From the NCBI GenBank assembly GCA_965199825.1, contig OZ241329.1, positions 2,272,001-2,336,000 on the forward strand: a DNA stretch of 64,000 nucleotides, given 5' to 3'. The notes below the pieces were generated by a model. It was not told the origin of the DNA. It did no database searches and was given only the letters and a program-made list of their open reading frames with translations. This stretch comes from Bdellovibrionales bacterium (GTDB lineage: Bacteria; Bdellovibrionota; Bdellovibrionia; Bdellovibrionales; UBA1609). This document shows, piece after piece, positions 59,400 through 64,000 of this stretch. Positions within the stretch are counted from its first letter, which is position 1; each line of letters starts with the position of its first letter. Position numbers and translations under genes: made by a program.

Positions 59400-60632
59400 A
59401 TGCCATCAGATTTTAAAAAATTGATTCTTGCCCGATTTTTATTCACCTTTGCGGTCCAGATGCAGGCGATCGTTTTGGGTTGGAGAATCTATCAACTCCT
59501 CAATGATCCTCTCGCCTTGGGATTGATTGGATTGACCGAGGCCGTACCGGCGATAGGACTTGCACTGATTGCGGGCTATATCATCGATCGCAGTCGACCT
59601 TTGATCGTTTATCGTCGTGTGATGATGATTAGTTTTTTATCTGGACTGATTGTTTTAATTGAACATATTTTTTCTGACTTTTTAAATCTCCATCAGCAAG
59701 TTGGGATGCTTTATTTTGCAGCTTTTTTGACCGGATCCGCCCGCGCCTTTTCGATGCCCGCAATTTTTGCCACTGTTCCCCGCTTGGTTGAGCGCCATCA
59801 GTTGATGAGGGCCAGTGCGATCAGCAGCTCGGTCATGCAAAGTGCTCGAGTTTTGGGGCCCGCAGCCGGAGGATTGATTTTTGGATTTTTTGGCAACACT
59901 GCGTGCTCGTCGATTGTGTGCCTATGTCTGGCGCTGGGAAGCTGTGCGATGCTGTTGATTCAAAAAAAGTTAGAAGTTTTAAGCACAAGTGCACGTCATT
60001 CCTCGATTGCGGCCGAGCTGACCTCGGGCTTAAAGTTTGTCTTTAATCACTCGGTTCTTTTGCCCGCTTTGTCTTTAGATATGATTTCGGTTTTGTTTGG
60101 AGGGGTCACAAGCCTCTTGCCTATATTCGCAGGTGAAATCTTAATGGTAGGCCCCCAAGGTTTAGGAATGTTAAGGGCTGCACCTGCGGTCGGAGCAGTT
60201 GTAACTACAATTTATTTAGGCCGCAGACCATTGGCAGGTTCCTCAGGCCCTTGGCTTTTTGTTGGAGTGGGTGGATTTGGACTATGTATTTTAGTTTTTG
60301 GGATGAGTTCGATATTTTGGGTGTCTTTGCTCGCGCTTGCTTTCAGCGGGGCCTTTGATGCGGTCAGTGCGGTGATTCGATCGACCGCGGTGCAGTTGAT
60401 GTCGCCTGATCATATGCGAGGAAAAATTTCTGCGGTAAATTCGATCTTTATTGGCTCAAGTAATGAGATTGGCGAATTTGAATCAGGGGTTGCCGCAAAA
60501 TTTTTAGGACCAGTGGCTTCGGTTTATTTGGGAGGATGTGTGTGTCTCCTCACCGTAATTGCTGTTGCGATTTTGTCTCCGACACTTCGAAGACTCAATC
60601 TCAATGATCATCTTAAAACTGATTCAGTTTAG
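59400..60632 (+). CDS. MFS transporter (MFS_3 / H+ antiporter-like)
   Basis: Twelve hydrophobic segments, LDMISVLFGGV..LLP and FIGSSNEIGEFESG. Confidence 0.9.
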   Translation: MPSDFKKLILARFLFTFAVQMQAIVLGWRIYQLLNDPLALGLIGLTEAVPAIGLALIAGYIIDRSRPLIVYRRVMMISFLSGLIVLIEHIFSDFLNLHQQVGMLYFAAFLTGSARAFSMPAIFATVPRLVERHQLMRASAISSSVMQSARVLGPAAGGLIFGFFGNTACSSIVCLCLALGSCAMLLIQKKLEVLSTSARHSSIAAELTSGLKFVFNHSVLLPALSLDMISVLFGGVTSLLPIFAGEILMVGPQGLGMLRAAPAVGAVVTTIYLGRRPLAGSSGPWLFVGVGGFGLCILVFGMSSIFWVSLLALAFSGAFDAVSAVIRSTAVQLMSPDHMRGKISAVNSIFIGSSNEIGEFESGVAAKFLGPVASVYLGGCVCLLTVIAVAILSPTLRRLNLNDHLKTDSV

Positions 60633-61089
60633 TTTCATCGCATGGACAAAAAACTTCGGTTTCTGAAGGGCGGGTGCGCTTAAAGCACACCTGTTCTATG
60701 CGCTGAACCATTTTTTTCCAGATTGCATTAAAGGAGGGCATGGGGGTGAAATTGATAAATTCAATCGGAGCTTGACCGATCAGGTTGGATTGGCCGTCAT
60801 AAACCGTAAGCAATGAGTTTTGCAGTTTATAAAATTGAAATGTGGAGTGGCGCTCAACGGTCTCATTGTTTTCTATATAGTAGCTCTTATCGAGCTCCTC
60901 GCCTGAGGGATTGAACCGCAACACGGTGGCCATACCCGCATAGTAACCCTGATCATTGATCTCCACCGCACACCAAGCATTGGAGGTGAGCAATTGATGT
61001 TGATCGATACTTTTTTGAAAATTTAAATTTACTGCCTTAGGCGCGCAGGCCGCTAACAAAATAAAACTGATTGCGATGACTGTTTTCAT
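60613..61089 (-). CDS. Hypothetical lipoprotein
   Basis: MKTVIAISFILLAAC lipoprotein signal and an LLTSNAWC lipocalin-like start. Confidence 0.65.
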   Translation of the reverse strand: MKTVIAISFILLAACAPKAVNLNFQKSIDQHQLLTSNAWCAVEINDQGYYAGMATVLRFNPSGEELDKSYYIENNETVERHSTFQFYKLQNSLLTVYDGQSNLIGQAPIEFINFTPMPSFNAIWKKMVQRIEQVCFKRTRPSETEVFCPCDETKLNQF

Positions 61090-61190
61090 AAACGAAGGGC
61101 ATTGCAATTTGAGTGCGCTCTGAAAGCCTCATAATTTTGAGGAGGGGAGACCAAGTTTTGATCACATCTGATAGAGATTGCAAAAAGGTT

Positions 61191-61886
61191 TTATATTTTC
61201 TTGTAATCGCTAAATGACAATCGATATCCCACACGCGGAACCGATTGGATAATGGACTCGAGTTTGCCCAACTTTTTGCGAATTGCATAGATATAGGTGT
61301 CCACGGCTCGATCGGTCACATGGGTGGTGGCCCCCCAAACTTCGCTCAAAATTTGGTTGCGGTGGAGGACGATGTTTTCGTGGCGTAAAAAATAATAGAG
61401 GAGCTTAAATTCCAATGTGGATAAGCCAAGATCGATATTATGCTCGTTTAAGAATATTTTTTGTTCGGCGAGAGCAACCCTAAAGGGGCCTTTGATAAAC
61501 TGATTTTGGAGTTCACTTTGTTTTTCAAGCCGGCGCACGCGCGCCTCGATTCGGGCTTGAAACTCTGAAAGATCAAAGGGCTTTACGATGTAGTCGTCAG
61601 CGCCAATGGTATAGGCCAAGACCTTATCTTCGGTTTGTGATTTTCCGGTGAGGAAAACAATCGGAACATTGTGATAATTGCTCGAAGCGCGAAGGGTGGC
61701 GCAAAATTTAAAACCATCTTCTCCCGGTAAATCTATGTCTAGAATAATAAGGTCGTAAAATGACCGGTTCAGCTCGAGTGCTCCCTCTTCGGCAGAGCCT
61801 ACGCAAACAACCGGAAACTTTTTTGATAATGCGCCTTTGACCATCGCTTGGACATCGAGCGCATCCTCAACCAACAAAATATTCAC
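61191..61886 (-). CDS. OmpR/PhoB-family response regulator
   Basis: LLVED, IILDIDLPG, GADDYIVKPF and a winged helix (RAVDTYIYAIRKKL, VPRVGY). GTG start. Confidence 0.92.
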   Translation of the reverse strand: MNILLVEDALDVQAMVKGALSKKFPVVCVGSAEEGALELNRSFYDLIILDIDLPGEDGFKFCATLRASSNYHNVPIVFLTGKSQTEDKVLAYTIGADDYIVKPFDLSEFQARIEARVRRLEKQSELQNQFIKGPFRVALAEQKIFLNEHNIDLGLSTLEFKLLYYFLRHENIVLHRNQILSEVWGATTHVTDRAVDTYIYAIRKKLGKLESIIQSVPRVGYRLSFSDYKKI

Positions 61887-62551
61887 TATGCAGCCTTCCT
61901 CAGCCACTGATCAACGAGGCCCAATTCCTTTTTTGACAGGCCATCAAAAAGTGCGGTGATTGTAAAACCTTGAGCATCTGCAATACAAGTTTTTACGATC
62001 AGAAAAGGCGGAATGATTCCAATTTTACTAAAAATTTCGGATTGAATACGAATTTTAACATCGTGTTCAAGTTCTACTTGGCTGCGAATAAAAACTTCGG
62101 AATTTGAAACGCCGATGATGTCCATTGGACAAATCCACTCTGCTTTTTCTTGCATTGGAACACGCAAGGGCCGAGCTTGAGATTTTTCTGCGGTTAACAG
62201 ATTTTTTACTTTCAGATTAAATAGTTTAATATCCAAAGGCTTGATCAAATAATCATTTGCACCAGATTCATAGGCTTTGATCACATCGCGCTTTCTGCGC
62301 CGACCGGTCAAAAATAAAAACGGCAAATCGCGAGTGGAGGCATCCATCCTCAAGGTCTGAACAAACTGAAAGCCAGAAATTCCGGGCATCATCGCATCGC
62401 ATACGATCAGATCAAAGGGCTGTTCTTTGAGTTTCGCTCGAGCATCAAAAACATTGCTGACCGCGACCGGCACATGATTTTGTTTTTTCAAAATCGATTC
62501 CAGTAGCTTCAATACGGTTGGATCATCATCAACGAGCAAGATGTTAGACAT
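61886..62551 (-). CDS. Response regulator with a C-terminal degenerate PilZ-like domain
   Basis: LLVDDD, IVCDAMMPG and GANDYLIKP. The C-terminal beta-rich domain has remnants of PilZ motifs. Confidence 0.8.
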   Translation of the reverse strand: MSNILLVDDDPTVLKLLESILKKQNHVPVAVSNVFDARAKLKEQPFDLIVCDAMMPGISGFQFVQTLRMDASTRDLPFLFLTGRRRKRDVIKAYESGANDYLIKPLDIKLFNLKVKNLLTAEKSQARPLRVPMQEKAEWICPMDIIGVSNSEVFIRSQVELEHDVKIRIQSEIFSKIGIIPPFLIVKTCIADAQGFTITALFDGLSKKELGLVDQWLRKAA

Positions 62552-62580
62552 GTCTTTATTTCGACAATTCTGGCGCAAGT

Positions 62581-62949
62581 CTAAAGGCGAGAACGTATTC
62601 TTTTTAGCTCGTCACAGACTTTTTGGTACTCGATTAAGACTGTTTCAAAAAGAGAAGCATCAGATCCGTGTTGATCTTCGACAGTTTGTAAAACATTGGT
62701 TAAATTTTCGGCTCCAAGATTCGCGCTGCTCGACTTAAGTCCGTGTGCGAGCTTACGTGCTTTTTCGCTTTCTTTAGAGGCTACAGCTTTTTTAAGTTGA
62801 TCAATTTCTTTTGGGGTGATCTCCAAATAGATATCGATGAGTTGAGCCACTAGACTTTCGTCACCATCATCGAACTCATCAAAGGACTGGAGGCGCTCGA
62901 TGTTGAGCGAAGAGAACTCTTCTAACTTTATTTTTTGATGCCATCGCAT
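62581..62949 (-). CDS. Hpt domain protein
   Basis: AHGLKSSSANLGA Hpt motif. Confidence 0.88.
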   Translation of the reverse strand: MRWHQKIKLEEFSSLNIERLQSFDEFDDGDESLVAQLIDIYLEITPKEIDQLKKAVASKESEKARKLAHGLKSSSANLGAENLTNVLQTVEDQHGSDASLFETVLIEYQKVCDELKRIRSRL

Positions 62950-63019
62950 AATTAATTATAGTGGCGAAATTTATAAAAACTCAAGCCTGTTCGAAATGAG
63001 TAAACTTGTTTGATTTAAT

Positions 63020-63095
63020 TGGTGGAGATAACAGGGATCGAACCTGCGACCTTCTGAATGCCATCCAGACGCTCTCCCAACTGAGCTATATCCCC
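63020..63095 (-). tRNA. tRNA-Ala (GGC)
   Basis: GGGGATATAGCTCAGTTGGGAGAGCGTCTGGATGGCATTCAGAAGGTCGCAGGTTCGATCCCTGTTATCTCCACCA: 76 nt, G3:U70 pair, GGC anticodon and an encoded CCA. Confidence 0.97.
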
Positions 63096-63210
63096 ATTAC
63101 GGTGTATCCCATTTTATCCGAACCGATTTTTATGCTTGCATGCAGGTGGCAAAGCAAGCAAAAAAATAGTCTACAGCAATTCTATAAAATAAAAATGTTT
63201 GGGGAAATGA

Positions 63211-63705
63211 ATGAAATTTGGATGGATGATTTTTTTGATTGCAAGCGTTGCGCACGGCCGCGAATTGAGTAGCCGACTGGGTTTGGGCTTCTCGGATCAG
63301 TTCGGACTTTCAAGCAGCATGCCCGGAGTGGCGGTCCGTTACTATCCCACAAGTGATTTTGGAATTATGGGGATTTTAGGTGTTGATACGCAAAAAGACG
63401 CATCACAGTTTGGTTTTTTGGCCAAAGCCTTCAAAGTTGTTTTTAAAGAACAAAATTTAAATTTTTATGTGGGCGCCGGTGCAGGAATTGTGAGCCAGCA
63501 AAATAAAATGAGCAATGGCACAACCAGCAATGATTCTGGGTTTATCGCAGATGGTTTTGTCGGCACCGAATTTTTTTTGGCGGGGTTAGAAAACTTAGGG
63601 TTTTCGGTTGAGACCGGAGTGGGGATCACATCAATTTCGAGTCAGGTGCGATTTCGCACACTGGGTGATTCGCCTTTACGCGCCGGAATTGTTTTTTACT
63701 TTTAA
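63211..63705 (+). CDS. Small outer-membrane beta-barrel protein (about 8 strands)
   Basis: Signal peptide ending AHG, NFYVGAGAG strand and a C-terminal AGIVFYF beta-signal. Confidence 0.75.
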   Translation: MKFGWMIFLIASVAHGRELSSRLGLGFSDQFGLSSSMPGVAVRYYPTSDFGIMGILGVDTQKDASQFGFLAKAFKVVFKEQNLNFYVGAGAGIVSQQNKMSNGTTSNDSGFIADGFVGTEFFLAGLENLGFSVETGVGITSISSQVRFRTLGDSPLRAGIVFYF

Positions 63706-63716
63706 CTGGAGCAGCA

Positions 63717-64000
63717 ATGACTAAAATCATAAAAACAGCAAAAGCTCCTGAGCCGGTAGGACCTTATTCACAAGCGGTTTTAGCGCACTCGATGTTATTT
63801 TGCTCAGGCCAGATTAGCATTGATCCCGAAAACAATCAGGTGGAGCTTGGCAGCATCAAAGAACAAACCACACGGGTGATGAAAAACATAAAGGCCTTGC
63901 TCAACGAAGCAAATTTAGATTTCGAAAATGTGGTGAAGACCACAATATTTTTGACATCGATGAGTGATTTTTCTCAAGTGAACGAAGTTTATGCATCGTA
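63717..64000 (+). CDS. RidA/YjgF-family enamine deaminase, 3'-truncated by the window edge
   Basis: Own translation gives MTKIIKTAKAPEPVGPYSQAV, LFCSGQI, VVKTTIFL and VNEVYA, after a GGAG SD. Absent from the ORF track because it has no stop in the window. Confidence 0.9.
   Translation, partial: MTKIIKTAKAPEPVGPYSQAVLAHSMLFCSGQISIDPENNQVELGSIKEQTTRVMKNIKALLNEANLDFENVVKTTIFLTSMSDFSQVNEVYAS

Noticed and set aside
63006..63272. 88-aa plus-strand ORF
   Set aside because: It is antisense to tRNA-Ala and overlaps the next gene out of frame; spurious.
1..64000. CRISPR array, rRNA, prophage or recognisable anti-phage defence genes
   Set aside because: No regularly spaced repeats, rRNA-like stretches or diagnostic protein motifs were seen. 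Nearly all of the sequence is accounted for by the listed genes.

Overview
A gene-dense, moderately AT-rich bacterial chromosome segment, most likely from a Bdellovibrionota-like organism. That assignment is inferred from the lexA-imuA-imuB-dnaE2 cassette with a Bdellovibrio-type SOS box, the FabMG-like reductase and the many orphan secreted proteins and lipoproteins. Housekeeping content: trpS (partial), sucA-sucB-lpdA, fur-uvrA, hemB, maf, lgt, nrdAB, waaA plus a GT9 heptosyltransferase, dctA, tRNA-Ala(GGC) and a partial RidA gene. A minus-strand signalling cluster (52.8-63 kb) holds a hybrid kinase, two Hpt proteins, a sigma54 activator and two further response regulators. The most interesting accessory content: (i) two paralogous giant (~1450-1500 aa) Cys-rich lipoproteins, each with a candidate membrane-inserting beta-hairpin, one translationally coupled to a beta-barrel gene behind a perfect sigma54 promoter; (ii) a second barrel-plus-lipoprotein pair whose lipoprotein has a complete signal peptide but no in-frame start codon; (iii) a UvrA lacking the insertion domain, co-transcribed with fur; (iv) an IS1/IS1595-like DD(N) protein with no visible terminal repeats, with a sigma54-like promoter and divergent from lexA. 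No CRISPR array, rRNA or prophage was seen. All calls come from reading the sequence by eye; no database searches were run.
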